Below are positions 21,343-31,921 of a stretch of 64,000 nucleotides of DNA, one piece after another. The stretch comes from a virus. Its lineage: Duplodnaviria > Caudoviricetes. The notes below the pieces were generated by a model, which worked only from the letters and a program-made list of their open reading frames with translations, was not told the origin of the DNA and did not search any database. Location of the stretch: positions 1 through 64,000 of the IMG/VR virus record IMGVR_UViG_3300026549_000054. The stretch is one strand, 5' to 3'. The translations under genes were made by a program, and so were the position numbers. How positions within the stretch are numbered: position 1 is the first letter of the stretch; each line of letters starts with the position of its first letter.

Positions 21343-21974
21343 TAGTCCAATCTCCCATCTACATAAGCTTTACCTATGTTAATACCAATAGATTCAGCAT
21401 AATCCAAAGCAGCTTGTTTAATGATACATTGAATGTCAATATCCTGGCTTAATACAGCACCCAATTCTCTCTCTTTGTATTTCTTTATGTATTCATTGGC
21501 AAATTTTTCAAAAAATACTTTGCGATAAACATCATCATATTTGTCAAGAACTTCGCCAAGTTTCTTATTGCGTTTGTCATATTTAACCCATGCCCAACCG
21601 CAACCACTACCAAAGAATTTATATCTCTTGCGACCAGGAATTAAATTACCTTCTAGGTCGGCATCACCAACAACAGATTGCATACCAAATGCTTTTGCCA
21701 TTTGTTTATCAAGTTTTGGTTTAAGATTTTGAATTATATCTTTCTTAATTGAATTTGTAGATAATGCTTCTTTATTTTGTGTAGTTCTTTCACTAGAACC
21801 CTTCTTAATGAGTTCACTAGCTTCACCCTTTGTCAAGCCCTGATTACGGAAGTCTTTCTTGTAGATACAGAACAATGCCCACAACTGGCGGCTAGATGCT
21901 GGTTCGTCTGCATCTTCTTTTAGAACACGATAACCGTTATTTTTCAAAATTTCTTTAGCTTCTTTCAATAACAT
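21342..21974 (-). CDS. hypothetical protein with N-terminal EAxxxLxxxGY tag
   Basis: Likely start at ATG 21974 (SD AGGAG): MLLKEAKEILKNNGYRVLKE. Confidence 0.6.
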   Translation of the reverse strand: MLLKEAKEILKNNGYRVLKEDADEPASSRQLWALFCIYKKDFRNQGLTKGEASELIKKGSSERTTQNKEALSTNSIKKDIIQNLKPKLDKQMAKAFGMQSVVGDADLEGNLIPGRKRYKFFGSGCGWAWVKYDKRNKKLGEVLDKYDDVYRKVFFEKFANEYIKKYKERELGAVLSQDIDIQCIIKQAALDYAESIGINIGKAYVDGRLD

Positions 21975-21985
21975 ATAAACTCCTA

Positions 21986-22726
21986 TTAGAGGGACTTGAA
22001 CCATTCGGCAAAGGCTTTCTTGATTTCTCTTGAACCCTTGCGGTCAATCTTCTTGTTAAATTCTTCGGTAGCACGAACGATTTGTTCAGCTTTCTGTGGA
22101 GAAGTAACCTGGATGCCATTTACCATCTTGTCAGCATTGTTTTCAGCTTCTCTCTCAACATACAAGCCCAAAGATTCGTTCAATACCCATTCGGTAGTTC
22201 TTTGAACTGATTCGTACATAGCATCGCAATAAGCAACCTGGGCAGAAGGCATATAAACTGCGTCAATAGTAACCATGTGATAATCGTCAGCTACAATGTT
22301 ACCTTCAAGAAGGTTACCGGTACCACGGGAAGAAACACCCATCTTACAACCACCTTCAAGCAATGCTTGGAGTTCCTTACCATTACGGGTATCAAGAACT
22401 AGAGCCTTACCCAAAGCCAAATTCTTATCCATAGCAAGTTCTGTAATACGAATTGCAGATGCTTTAGATTTGATTTCAGCATAATCAGGGTGGTCTAGTT
22501 CACCAAGAGCTTCGTGGGATTCAATCAACTGGTTGAAAAGTTTTACTTCTCTCTCAATGATTTTCTGTGGATAAATTCTACCGTTACGGTTTCTATCTTC
22601 TGCTTGTAAGAATGGACCTGAAATATACATGTGCTGTTTCTTCATTGTTCCAACACTTTCTTCAAGTACATTACAGTCTACTGGAGCAGAACATTGTTCG
22701 TTAAATAATTTCTTAAAATCTGCCAT
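21986..22726 (-). CDS. gp21: prohead core protease (T4 gp21-like)
   Basis: GPFLQAEDRNRNGRIYP, ALGELDHP, GVSSRGTG, DAVYMPSA motifs. Confidence 0.95.
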   Translation of the reverse strand: MADFKKLFNEQCSAPVDCNVLEESVGTMKKQHMYISGPFLQAEDRNRNGRIYPQKIIEREVKLFNQLIESHEALGELDHPDYAEIKSKASAIRITELAMDKNLALGKALVLDTRNGKELQALLEGGCKMGVSSRGTGNLLEGNIVADDYHMVTIDAVYMPSAQVAYCDAMYESVQRTTEWVLNESLGLYVEREAENNADKMVNGIQVTSPQKAEQIVRATEEFNKKIDRKGSREIKKAFAEWFKSL

Positions 22727-22750
22727 ATTAAACCTCGTTTATTTTATATA

Positions 22751-22942
22751 CTATTTATAACTTTTATGTTCTTTTTCCCAGCGTTCACGGAACTCCGCAG
22801 CGTGTTTCTCAATCCAATCTTTTATGGCTTCTTCACCCAAATCTCGGTTTGCTTTTTCACTTTCTAGCCATTTATATAACTCAATTTCTTTAATTTGGTC
22901 AGCCATATACTGTTTTAACTTTTCGTATTCTTCGTCTGACAT
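22751..22942 (-). CDS. DUF4032-like small protein
   Basis: EIELYKWLESEKANRDLGEEAIKDWI motif. Confidence 0.6.
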   Translation of the reverse strand: MSDEEYEKLKQYMADQIKEIELYKWLESEKANRDLGEEAIKDWIEKHAAEFRERWEKEHKSYK

Positions 22943-22965
22943 AAAATCCTCCTGTTGCCCATATT

Positions 22966-23493
22966 TTATTTATTTGTCAGACCTAACTCCTCTTCAGTTA
23001 CTACTTTAAAATGGTAATCATTCTTCCTGCACCATTCCTTAGCCATATCCCACTTTTCTTTGTTTTTCTTAAGGACATTACAATATTCTTGCCATCTTTC
23101 TATTCGTTTTTGGCTCAATTTGCCCTTTGCGGTTGTTGTAAGTTTTGGGAACATTATTTGCCCACATTCGTTTAATTGTGGAACTTGGGATTTTGGCTTA
23201 ACTTCAATTAACCATTTCTCAATCTTACCATGCTTGTTCTTACAAGTGAACATAAAGTCTGTAATGTATTTGTGGGTCTTTCCATCAATTTGGGAATAAT
23301 AAGGAATTTCTACAATTTCCGACCCCCATTCCAAAATGTTATTATTAAGGTCTAACCAATTAGCCATAATCTTTTCATAACTGGAACGGAAGGTAACAGG
23401 GTGGCCTTCTACTTTGCCATTGTAATTTAGACATTTTTCAGGATGTCTAGGCATAAAATCGCCCTTCAAATAGTTATTACTAAACATTGACAT
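22966..23493 (-). CDS. gp4: head completion nuclease (T4 gp4-like, TnsA-type fold)
   Basis: PRHPEK, FRSSYE, WGSEIVEIPY, HKYITDF, IEVKP, KW..A..WC...FKVVTEEEL. Confidence 0.9.
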   Translation of the reverse strand: MSMFSNNYLKGDFMPRHPEKCLNYNGKVEGHPVTFRSSYEKIMANWLDLNNNILEWGSEIVEIPYYSQIDGKTHKYITDFMFTCKNKHGKIEKWLIEVKPKSQVPQLNECGQIMFPKLTTTAKGKLSQKRIERWQEYCNVLKKNKEKWDMAKEWCRKNDYHFKVVTEEELGLTNK

Positions 23494-23813
23494 TAGAATT
23501 TACCTTCTTCAATCTCTTTAATTGTTTTTGTAATTTCGCCACAGGCCTTATACATCCATTTATCTTGACAATACTGGAAGAATATGTTGTATGTTTGCTG
23601 TGGAATTTCTTTACAATTCAAACAAATTTCAAGAACTTTATTTGGAACCTTTGCGAGCTTAAAATAACTCAAAAGAAGGACAAAAACCTTCATATAATCA
23701 TCGTCAAACAGATTTTCATAAATTGCGAGGTCTACTGTTGCTTCGTCCTTGAAAACCAATATGACAGATTCATAAAGTTCTTTTGTGTGTAATTTTATCT
23801 CATTTTTTGTCAT
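23493..23813 (-). CDS. hypothetical protein
   Basis: ORF after a TATAAATA promoter, coupled to gp4. Confidence 0.55.
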   Translation of the reverse strand: MTKNEIKLHTKELYESVILVFKDEATVDLAIYENLFDDDYMKVFVLLLSYFKLAKVPNKVLEICLNCKEIPQQTYNIFFQYCQDKWMYKACGEITKTIKEIEEGKF

Positions 23814-23828
23814 AATCTATTTATAGAG

Positions 23829-23855
23829 AAAAGGACCGATTTTACTCGGTCCTTT
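23829..23855 (-). terminator. Rho-independent terminator after tail sheath gene
   Basis: AAAAGGACCG-N7-CGGTCCTTTT. Confidence 0.8.
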
Positions 23856-23880
23856 TGTTAATTTGTTATTGAATTTTGGG

Positions 23881-26800
23881 TTACATAGCTTCGCTAGTAA
23901 TAACACCAGTATTTCTATCAATAGTAATCTTAACATCAATAAATTCAATAGCTTCAGCAGGTACGATACGAATAGCAACATTCATAATGTGTGGGTCTTC
24001 GTTATCTTGTGTAACACTCAAAGAGTATTGTTCCACACCTTCTGCAGCTTGAACTCGGTTCAAGAAAGCGTCAATAGAGTTTCTAGCAGCACTTCTTGTG
24101 TTAGCAGTATTCTGCTGGAACAAGTAAGGGAGCAACATATTTTCAAGAACCTTTTCAATGTAGTTCAAACATCTACGAACATTGATTCTGTTCAAAGCAC
24201 TTTCTTTCTTCAAAGCAGTCTTTTGTCCGTATAAGCATTCACCAAAGCCACCACAATCTCTAGAAGTATTAACATTGATGTTATACAACTGACCAATTTC
24301 GTCATCAGTCAAACGAGTTAATGGACCGTTGGTATAAGTGATGTTACCACGTTGAACGCCTGCAGGAGCGAACCAAGGATAACTTGTCATATCACAGTAA
24401 GCCATACGGCAAGCACCAGCAATAGACTTAGGCAAGTAAATCCAAGAAGCAAGTGTACCATTGTAATACTTGTCATAGCCAGCATATTCAGCAACATAAG
24501 TACCATTGTTGAAGGAGAACATTTTGGCTTCACCAAGCATTCTCTTAACAGATTTAGCTTCTCTTGAAGTTACCTGAACTACACCAATGTCAATAGTTCT
24601 GCTAGCAGCAATTTCAGCAATCTTTCTCTGGAGAGCAGAGTATCTCTGTTTACCATTGAATGTGTCAATAGCATCTACGTTAAACAAGATGTCAAAATCT
24701 GCCTTCTGTCTATCGGCATAAAGTTTCAAACCAGCAATCTTTTCTGTTACATTGTTCTTCTTTGAGTTAGAACCACCAGTCAATCCATAGATAGCGAAGG
24801 TCTGATGTGGCATAGCATAGGTACCAGCACCTGTTCTTGCTTCGTTTACGGAATTACGAGAAACATAAATGTAATCAGAGTGACCGTTAATGACGTTAGG
24901 AGCATACAAAGAATTACCTTCGGAGTCCTTAGCAGTTGGGTCATTAGATACAAACCAAGATTCAGCTGGGTCTTTCAAGAGAGCATCCATACCAGTTCCC
25001 CAAGCGGCTTCAGCAGTCTGTGATTTGGTCTTTACATAGACGTTGATACGATATACCTTCTTCCAAGTCAAAGTATCCTGGTCTGTTTCAACGTCATCTA
25101 CTTTATCTTCATCGTCATACTTATACTTCCACATAAAGGCATTCTGATGGTTCAATGCTGGAATTTCAGCACATTCAGGAGTGATAATAGAAACACCAAT
25201 GTCATTACCATATTCACCAGGACCAATAGATGTGATAATCAACTGGTTGGCCTTGTTAGAAACATACTGTTCTACGTCACCATTACCTGGTTCGTCATCA
25301 GATTCAATGGAAACTGTATAACCATCCTTATATCTTTCATTTGTTCCATTCAAGATTTCGGAAGTAGCGAAAGCAGCCATTTTGTTGATTGGGTCGCCAT
25401 CAGGCTTTTGTGTGCCTTCTTGCCAAGGAATAACTACTGGATCTGGGTTATCGGAAGTATATACTGACAATGTTGTAGGAGATTTTGCGTTCTTTTCAGC
25501 AATAGTCCAGAACAACTTCCAATCGTAAGCATTTTTAGGAGTTGCACCAACTTTAGCAGCAAATTTTTCCCAATCCTTAGTGAAAATTACCTTTTCAATA
25601 GGTGTGTTCAAAATGTATTCACTATCACCTTCGTATTCAAGGTCTACACCTTCCCATACATCATAGAATGTAAGCAAACTATATGTTCCTTCTGCCATAA
25701 GTTCGGAAATGTCAGCGCCATAAGAATCAGCGATAGAAGCAAGTTTTTCTTTACCTTCTTCAGTCTTATTTAAGTCTGTTAATGGTTGTACTTTTACTTC
25801 AAATGTTACTGGATTTAAGTCTTTATCTTTACCAGTGACTCCAATACCAGCAAGAGCTTCTTGAAGTGTATTCATACCATATTCACGGTATTGAATACCA
25901 ACTGCTTGACCTAATGTAGCGGAGAATGCAGTAGTATCAACATAGTAAGTCTTATTAACGCAGTCATCCCAATCACGGAATTGGATTTTACTTGCGTCAA
26001 TAGGGTCTTTACACATTTCTACATTTGCGGAAGTTGGATTCCAAGTAGCAGCACCCTTATAGAAGTTTTCGTCTTTAAATAATTCACTATACTTATAAGC
26101 ACTTGCAGTATCTAATGTATCTTCAATAGTTTTTGCGGCAGCCGAAGTCAAATAAGCAGTCAATGTTGTTCCAACATTATTTAATGTATCTGTAGCAGGA
26201 ATACTAAATGTTACTTTATAACCAATGGCAGATACGGCTGAGTCACCTTCGCCACTAATGTACAATAATGGATTTGTTTTGTTAATTTGTACAGTATCAG
26301 GATAGATGCAACCTGATTCCCAAGCAGAAGTTGTAAAAATCAAATCATCATACATCTTACCGACTTCGCCTTTACTATTAACCTTAGTAGCAAATTCAAT
26401 GTATTTACCTTCGGCTGTTTGAATGTTTTTAAGTTCAATGTCAGTATCTTTATCACCAACATTCTTGAATACAGCAATAGCAGGAGCATTATCGTTAATC
26501 AAATCTACAACAGTACCAAAGCCAGCTTTTTGGTAGATACCGAAACCACTCAATGCATCATCAACAATCCATTCTTGATGGTCGCCAGAACCAGCAATAG
26601 CAGTAACCTGAGTTACTGTATCAAGATTTTGTAGCATCTTCAAATTAGAGTTATCTTCATTGTCAATGAACTTAAATTGTGAAGTATCGGTTGAACGATA
26701 TGTGTCCTTCAAGTCAGCATCGGTATATGGGTATTGAATCTGAGCATAGCCTTCATCACCCATTGTTGTTCTAACAGTCAACAACTGGTTAGAAATTGCC

Positions 26801-27021
26801 AAATAGTTTTCGGCAGCGAAGTGACCGTAATCGTCAAGATTTTCGGGCTGACCATAAATGTCTGTGAAATTGTCATAAGATGTTGTCAAAACTCTCTGGT
26901 TTACAGGACCTTTATTGGACTTCATTACGATAGCACCAATGCCCAAACCTGGTAAAGAGTTAGAACGAATGGTATTGTCTATTTCGGTAAAACGCATACC
27001 TGGCACGGAATACTTAGCCAT
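23881..27021 (-). CDS. gp18: tail sheath protein (T4 gp18-like) with large internal insertion
   Basis: PGMRFTEIDNT N-terminus, KGPVNQ, PGEYGNDI, PWFAPAGVQRG, LYGQKT, RINVRR, PAEAIEFI. Confidence 0.95.
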   Translation of the reverse strand: MAKYSVPGMRFTEIDNTIRSNSLPGLGIGAIVMKSNKGPVNQRVLTTSYDNFTDIYGQPENLDDYGHFAAENYLAISNQLLTVRTTMGDEGYAQIQYPYTDADLKDTYRSTDTSQFKFIDNEDNSNLKMLQNLDTVTQVTAIAGSGDHQEWIVDDALSGFGIYQKAGFGTVVDLINDNAPAIAVFKNVGDKDTDIELKNIQTAEGKYIEFATKVNSKGEVGKMYDDLIFTTSAWESGCIYPDTVQINKTNPLLYISGEGDSAVSAIGYKVTFSIPATDTLNNVGTTLTAYLTSAAAKTIEDTLDTASAYKYSELFKDENFYKGAATWNPTSANVEMCKDPIDASKIQFRDWDDCVNKTYYVDTTAFSATLGQAVGIQYREYGMNTLQEALAGIGVTGKDKDLNPVTFEVKVQPLTDLNKTEEGKEKLASIADSYGADISELMAEGTYSLLTFYDVWEGVDLEYEGDSEYILNTPIEKVIFTKDWEKFAAKVGATPKNAYDWKLFWTIAEKNAKSPTTLSVYTSDNPDPVVIPWQEGTQKPDGDPINKMAAFATSEILNGTNERYKDGYTVSIESDDEPGNGDVEQYVSNKANQLIITSIGPGEYGNDIGVSIITPECAEIPALNHQNAFMWKYKYDDEDKVDDVETDQDTLTWKKVYRINVYVKTKSQTAEAAWGTGMDALLKDPAESWFVSNDPTAKDSEGNSLYAPNVINGHSDYIYVSRNSVNEARTGAGTYAMPHQTFAIYGLTGGSNSKKNNVTEKIAGLKLYADRQKADFDILFNVDAIDTFNGKQRYSALQRKIAEIAASRTIDIGVVQVTSREAKSVKRMLGEAKMFSFNNGTYVAEYAGYDKYYNGTLASWIYLPKSIAGACRMAYCDMTSYPWFAPAGVQRGNITYTNGPLTRLTDDEIGQLYNINVNTSRDCGGFGECLYGQKTALKKESALNRINVRRCLNYIEKVLENMLLPYLFQQNTANTRSAARNSIDAFLNRVQAAEGVEQYSLSVTQDNEDPHIMNVAIRIVPAEAIEFIDVKITIDRNTGVITSEAM

Positions 27022-27088
27022 AAAATTACCTCTTTGTTATAAACTTAATAATAAAATCACTCACTCACAAATTAAATTATAATCTCTA

Positions 27089-27096
27089 TATTTATA
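27089..27096 (-). promoter_or_regulatory. T4-type late promoter TATAAATA (representative; (C/T)ATAAATA also at 463, 8811, 14787, 15288, 16960, 19254, 22752, 23818, 29277, 31048, 31919, 37953, 48851, 49756, 50303, 53547)
   Basis: Motif recurs a short distance upstream of structural-gene starts, as for T4 gp55 late promoters. Confidence 0.8.
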
Positions 27097-27136
27097 AGAA
27101 AAGGTCGCCAAAAAGCGACCATTTTCTGTTAATTTA

Positions 27137-27892
27137 TTATAACTTTCTAACACCCCATTCAATCTTTGTATTTGGTTCATAGAATAGTGGTGATAGCATT
27201 TTTCTTAATTGTAATCGTTTTCCAAAATTTATAGAAAATTCGTCCATTTTATCCATAGAATTTGACACACCAGAGTATTGTAATCTTATATCCCTAATGT
27301 AACCTATTCTGTAACCAAGTATGGCTAATTCGTCACCTAAAAATCTATCTTCTTCTCCCCAGTTACCATCAAAATTTGAGTTGAAAATTCTACCCTGATT
27401 TAATTCTCTTATTTCAGGAAGAACTTTCTTTGACAACCAAATACCTGCCGTATAAACACCATTTCTAGGTTCTGCATAAGTAGTCCAAGGAATAAAATCG
27501 TGTTCTTTTTCAGGCTCTATAATATAGTGAACTGGTTTCATACCTACAAATTTTGTATGAAGCAATCGTGGGTCATTTTCTTTAAGATAAAAGATTATAC
27601 AATCGTATTTGTCTTTTAATTCATTTATCTTATTTTCAGGGTTTTCTGTCGGAACTTTATCCTGGTCTAAAAAGAGTATATCATCATCTATTCCTTCAGC
27701 ACCTATATCTCTAGCATATCCTGCCATAAAAACATCGTCTGGCAAATACAGATTAGTTTGTTTATAATCACCTGTAAAATCATTTGGAATTTGACATCTA
27801 TCAAAGACAAACAAAGGATTTTTGAAAATCCTTTGAAAGTCTTTAATATTATTTGTTTTACTTTTTATTGGAATTATCGTTTTCATTACCAA
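27137..27892 (-). CDS. glycosyltransferase (GT-A; GT2/GT7-like)
   Basis: FMAGYARDIG, ILFLDQD, FDGNWGEED motifs. Confidence 0.75.
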   Translation of the reverse strand: MVMKTIIPIKSKTNNIKDFQRIFKNPLFVFDRCQIPNDFTGDYKQTNLYLPDDVFMAGYARDIGAEGIDDDILFLDQDKVPTENPENKINELKDKYDCIIFYLKENDPRLLHTKFVGMKPVHYIIEPEKEHDFIPWTTYAEPRNGVYTAGIWLSKKVLPEIRELNQGRIFNSNFDGNWGEEDRFLGDELAILGYRIGYIRDIRLQYSGVSNSMDKMDEFSINFGKRLQLRKMLSPLFYEPNTKIEWGVRKL

Positions 27893-29259
27893 TTTTGCTC
27901 ATAATCAGAATTAAGTATATAGATGAAAGCATCTCCACCTTCATTCCAGTCACAATAAAATTCAATAGTTCCATTCATAAATGTTTCTATACTTGGCTTT
28001 TCTGTTACTGCAATTCTATCTACACCATCTGAATAAGTTCCACTTATTGTAACAGTATTTTTAGCATCATTTTTAATGTTAGTTAATATACCAGATAAAG
28101 AATGTTGTTGAGGTTCTGCAGCAGAAAATACTTTGAAGTCACCACCCACATTAAACGCAGTATAGTTTGTGCTTGTAACAGATAACATATTAGTAACAGT
28201 ACTTCCTGCAGCAGTAAGATAGTTAGCACTCATATATTTTGCTGTGTTATTATAACTCATCCCATAAACAGCTCTGTTTGCAGTAATTACATTTGCAACT
28301 TTATCTATATTGATAGCACTCAAATTTTTAGCACTTAACGCACTAAAATATGCTGTTGAATAATTAAGATTTGTACTCTTAATTGCTGTGGATATGGTAT
28401 TTGTAGATGTTACAGCACTGATATTTACATTTGCTTGTATTTTAAAATCATTTAATGCGGTCAAATGATTTGCGGTTCCGTTTACACACAAACTCTTATT
28501 ATCAGCACCGGCTCCACTAAATGTAGCATTTAAAGCAGAGAAATCATTTGATATTTTATAATCACTTGGTGTAATTAAACTTAGAGAATCTAAATTAGTA
28601 GCACTAAAACTTGTACTATAAATTACAGTATTTGATAAATATTTATTAAGTCTTTCTGCTTTACCAGATGTTGAAGTTAAATGTGTATTGTTGTGATTAA
28701 TAGCAGTCAAATCTATAAATGTAGCAGTATTATTTAATGCGGTTAAATTTGTACAAGATAATGACTCGGTGAAATTCCAATTTTGGCATCTATTATCAGT
28801 ACTTAAATCAAATGTATTGTTGATTAGTTTTATTTCTGCTTCGTCTTCATCAATAAAGTCTATGGAAATAGTACCTTGGTCGCAATTAAATTCATGCTTG
28901 AAATCTTCAGCATTATAGTACTGGTTAATGTATTTAAGTCCACGGGCATCTGTTGTAATTGTTGTATGATTACCTGGAACAAATGTTTTTATCTTTGGAT
29001 TTAAGTTATCCAACAAATCTGCCAAATACAAATCTCTTGAACTCAAAGGAATAAGAGTATTCTTTGTCATCCAATCGCCATCAGTTACAGTAAATTTAGT
29101 CCAAGTCTTAGGGACCATATTAAATGTAGCTGTGGTTATCTGTTCAGGAGTAAATGTAGTCCAGGCACTTGGCAAAAAATACGGAATGTGCTTTACATCG
29201 TTATTATCATAGAAACCACTATGTTCAGTCTCATACAAATGTGCCTTAAATTTTGCCAT
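27886..29259 (-). CDS. putative virion structural (baseplate/fibre) protein, Ser/Thr/Ala/Asn-rich
   Basis: Repeated LTA/FSA/LSA motifs; late promoter at 29277-29284. Confidence 0.5.
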   Translation of the reverse strand: MAKFKAHLYETEHSGFYDNNDVKHIPYFLPSAWTTFTPEQITTATFNMVPKTWTKFTVTDGDWMTKNTLIPLSSRDLYLADLLDNLNPKIKTFVPGNHTTITTDARGLKYINQYYNAEDFKHEFNCDQGTISIDFIDEDEAEIKLINNTFDLSTDNRCQNWNFTESLSCTNLTALNNTATFIDLTAINHNNTHLTSTSGKAERLNKYLSNTVIYSTSFSATNLDSLSLITPSDYKISNDFSALNATFSGAGADNKSLCVNGTANHLTALNDFKIQANVNISAVTSTNTISTAIKSTNLNYSTAYFSALSAKNLSAINIDKVANVITANRAVYGMSYNNTAKYMSANYLTAAGSTVTNMLSVTSTNYTAFNVGGDFKVFSAAEPQQHSLSGILTNIKNDAKNTVTISGTYSDGVDRIAVTEKPSIETFMNGTIEFYCDWNEGGDAFIYILNSDYEQNW

Positions 29260-29340
29260 TTACTATACCTCAACTATATTTATAAAGAAAAACCAGTACT
29301 CCGAAGGATACTGGTCTTTTCCGCACGAACCGAGTAGAGT

Positions 29341-29823
29341 TTACCCGAGAATCTGTAATAGTGCTTGTCGGCATTGTCCTGGGCTTTCAAATTTTACCCC
29401 GACACCACCTGCCAACACGAAAGCTTCAATGTTCTTTCCAAAATCGTCAATGAGCAAACTAGAACCATTCGCAAATTTGGCTTTTGCCTTACCGGTCTTG
29501 ACAATGTAAATGTTTTTGTTTGGAACTTTGGTATTAGCCATAAGCCATTCAATCTTTCCATTCACACCATCGTTATAATTTACCTGTGACAAAATACAAA
29601 GGTCAATACCTTCTTCATCACAGAATTTTTCAAGCCACTTATAGAAGCGTTCACCTTCGTTAGTCCACTTCATATTAGCCCAAAAATCTATTCCAGCGGC
29701 ATGTACTTTTTCCCAATCTACTTTGTAATGTTCAATGGCATCAATATCTGCACAAGCACCGCAGAAATCGCAAATGACACCGTCCATATCCAAGTATATT
29801 GTATCTATTTTGTTTGTTCGCAT
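29341..29823 (-). CDS. HAD-family 5'(3')-deoxyribonucleotidase
   Basis: YLDMDGVICDF, K..WL, LLIDD...N; likely start MRTNK at 29823. Confidence 0.85.
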   Translation of the reverse strand: MRTNKIDTIYLDMDGVICDFCGACADIDAIEHYKVDWEKVHAAGIDFWANMKWTNEGERFYKWLEKFCDEEGIDLCILSQVNYNDGVNGKIEWLMANTKVPNKNIYIVKTGKAKAKFANGSSLLIDDFGKNIEAFVLAGGVGVKFESPGQCRQALLQILG

Positions 29824-29830
29824 ATTGTAT

Positions 29831-30619
29831 TTATATTGACATCCCATCTTCAAGTAGTTTAACATTCACTGGCATTACTGGCAGATTTATATTTGGAAAC
29901 AAATTATGTCTTTTAGCATAAAGTCTAAAATAACAGTTAGTCAATCGTTCACTTAAAAATCCACCTAATCTATAAGGCATAGGGTTATTATTTACATTTG
30001 GAAGTTTATTACAATGTTTAATTACATCGTCAAAAGTCTTAAAATTTCGTAATTCTATAAATTTATCTACAATTCTATCGTAAATATCCACCAAATCACA
30101 GAAAATATCTTTAGATACTGAACACATATTATAGCAAAGCATATACTTATCTTCTAATGATTTCATCCATTCTACTTTATAATCAGAACAGAAATCAGTA
30201 TCCATAATTATATCTGTAATTAAATTCAAATCGTCTATATTATGATTTAAAGCATATAAATCTTTTACAGATAAATCAAATGAGTATGGTGAAGCAACAT
30301 AAACCATATTATAATCTGGAATTTCTAGTCTTCGTCTGTAATGATTTATTACAATCCAGTCAAAATCCAAATTTTTCCTGATATATTTAATTTGTGCGAA
30401 CTCACTATAAAATCTATCGTCTAATTCACTAGACTTTTCTAGCTTCATAACATTAGGAATGTTCGTTTTTATATCATTATAAGTAAACACCAGATAATTT
30501 TTCAATTCTTCTTCTGGTAAATCATTCCAATAGAAATCTTTATGAGCCATTACAGCATTTACTACACGCATACTATCCAAATATAGAAAAAGTCCCCATT
30601 TATATAGGGGACCTTTCAA
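29831..30619 (-). CDS. DUF4422-like glycosyltransferase
   Basis: AHKDF, YSEF, NHYRR, YNM, RLGGFLSERL motifs; real start probably MRVVN near 30571. Confidence 0.75.
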   Translation of the reverse strand: MKGPLYKWGLFLYLDSMRVVNAVMAHKDFYWNDLPEEELKNYLVFTYNDIKTNIPNVMKLEKSSELDDRFYSEFAQIKYIRKNLDFDWIVINHYRRRLEIPDYNMVYVASPYSFDLSVKDLYALNHNIDDLNLITDIIMDTDFCSDYKVEWMKSLEDKYMLCYNMCSVSKDIFCDLVDIYDRIVDKFIELRNFKTFDDVIKHCNKLPNVNNNPMPYRLGGFLSERLTNCYFRLYAKRHNLFPNINLPVMPVNVKLLEDGMSI

Positions 30620-30639
30620 AAATTTAATTTACACAGAAC

Positions 30640-31026
30640 TTACTTATTAGGGCAAGCGTTGTGAACCTTGTTGTCAATGAACAAACCAATTTGAGAAAGC
30701 AAATCAGACAAGGTCTTATTGTACTTTTCAGCAACACCAGTTCTAATTTCCTGACAATACTTAATGTAGTCATCTTCGGATTTGAAGTCTGTTGGCTGAA
30801 CAAGCTGCTTTGTAGCATATTCAAAGATACCATCACCGATTTCGTCACCGAGCTTACGCAAACCAAGCTTCAAAGAAGTTCCATTTACATACTGTGTAAC
30901 AATGCCACTCTTACCTTGTGGAGCAGCTTGTTGTGGCTGTTGTGGCTTTGGAGCATCAGCATCCAAACCATCCATTGTAACACCTTCTTCGTTCAATTTG
31001 TTGTGGTAATAATTTTTGAAATCCAT
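30640..31026 (-). CDS. probable head internal/late protein
   Basis: MDFKNYYHNKLNEE resembles T4 internal-protein targeting leaders; TATAAATA at 31048-31055. Confidence 0.5.
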   Translation of the reverse strand: MDFKNYYHNKLNEEGVTMDGLDADAPKPQQPQQAAPQGKSGIVTQYVNGTSLKLGLRKLGDEIGDGIFEYATKQLVQPTDFKSEDDYIKYCQEIRTGVAEKYNKTLSDLLSQIGLFIDNKVHNACPNK

Positions 31027-31055
31027 ATTATCTCCTAAATTTTATTTTATTTATA

Positions 31056-31895
31056 TTAAAAGTTTTCGTCATCTTCGTGTGCCAAGGTTCTACAAATATC
31101 TTCCAAATCTTCACTCTGTGAAAATTTTGAACCGTGGGTGCCTACAATGTATTTCCACAACTTACGATATTTGTCATCTTCTTCCAAATTCTTATAATAG
31201 TCGGTATTTCTCAAAGCCTTCAAAGCTCTGTCATTCTTGATTTCAGTCATTAAATCGTTTTCTTCGGCTTCTCTAAGGAAATTTCTAAAGTCTGTCTTCA
31301 ATTCGGTTTCTTCAAACAAACTATCCATAGCCTTATTGAACTTGCTTTCGTCATAGTTCAATGTCAAATCAAGAATTTCACCATATTTAGCTTCGCAAGC
31401 ATCTTCTGTCAAAGACAATTTGTCAGCGACAAAAGTCAATAAATCAGCATAGTTTTCTTCTATATCAGTCTTCTCTTTGAGTAATGCGACTTTTGTTAAA
31501 TAACTATCTATCGCACCTTCAAGTGAATCTCTGGTGATAGCAGGAACTGTATACTGATTATACGATTCTTTATAAATTTCTTTTTTGGCTTTCTTATAAT
31601 CGCTCAACATATCCTTAACCATTTTGGCGACTGTAGCAACATTAGCTGTTGGTTTAGCCTTCAAAGAAGTATGTTTCATTAAGGAATTAAATTTCCCGTG
31701 CTTCTTTGATTCGCCGCCGAGTTTAACGGACAAGTTACCATCACCCAAAGCCTTGATAGAACCAATTTTTGCTTTACCAATAATAGAACGGTCTACAATA
31801 TCGTAAGTACCTGCGTCAAATTTCTCAACACCAAATCCGGCATTGGTAAAGATTTTCAATATCTTTTCAATAAATTGTGATTGTCTATTTTCCAT
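31056..31895 (-). CDS. hypothetical late protein
   Basis: TATAAATA at 31919-31926; contains DFRNFLREAEE. Confidence 0.55.
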   Translation of the reverse strand: MENRQSQFIEKILKIFTNAGFGVEKFDAGTYDIVDRSIIGKAKIGSIKALGDGNLSVKLGGESKKHGKFNSLMKHTSLKAKPTANVATVAKMVKDMLSDYKKAKKEIYKESYNQYTVPAITRDSLEGAIDSYLTKVALLKEKTDIEENYADLLTFVADKLSLTEDACEAKYGEILDLTLNYDESKFNKAMDSLFEETELKTDFRNFLREAEENDLMTEIKNDRALKALRNTDYYKNLEEDDKYRKLWKYIVGTHGSKFSQSEDLEDICRTLAHEDDENF

Positions 31896-31921
31896 AATTC
31901 AAAAACTCCATTTTATAGTAT

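Noticed and set aside
23493-23813. Member of the DF C-terminal family (ends IKEIEEGKF)
   Set aside because: Lacks the Asp and sits in a late operon; similarity too weak to include.
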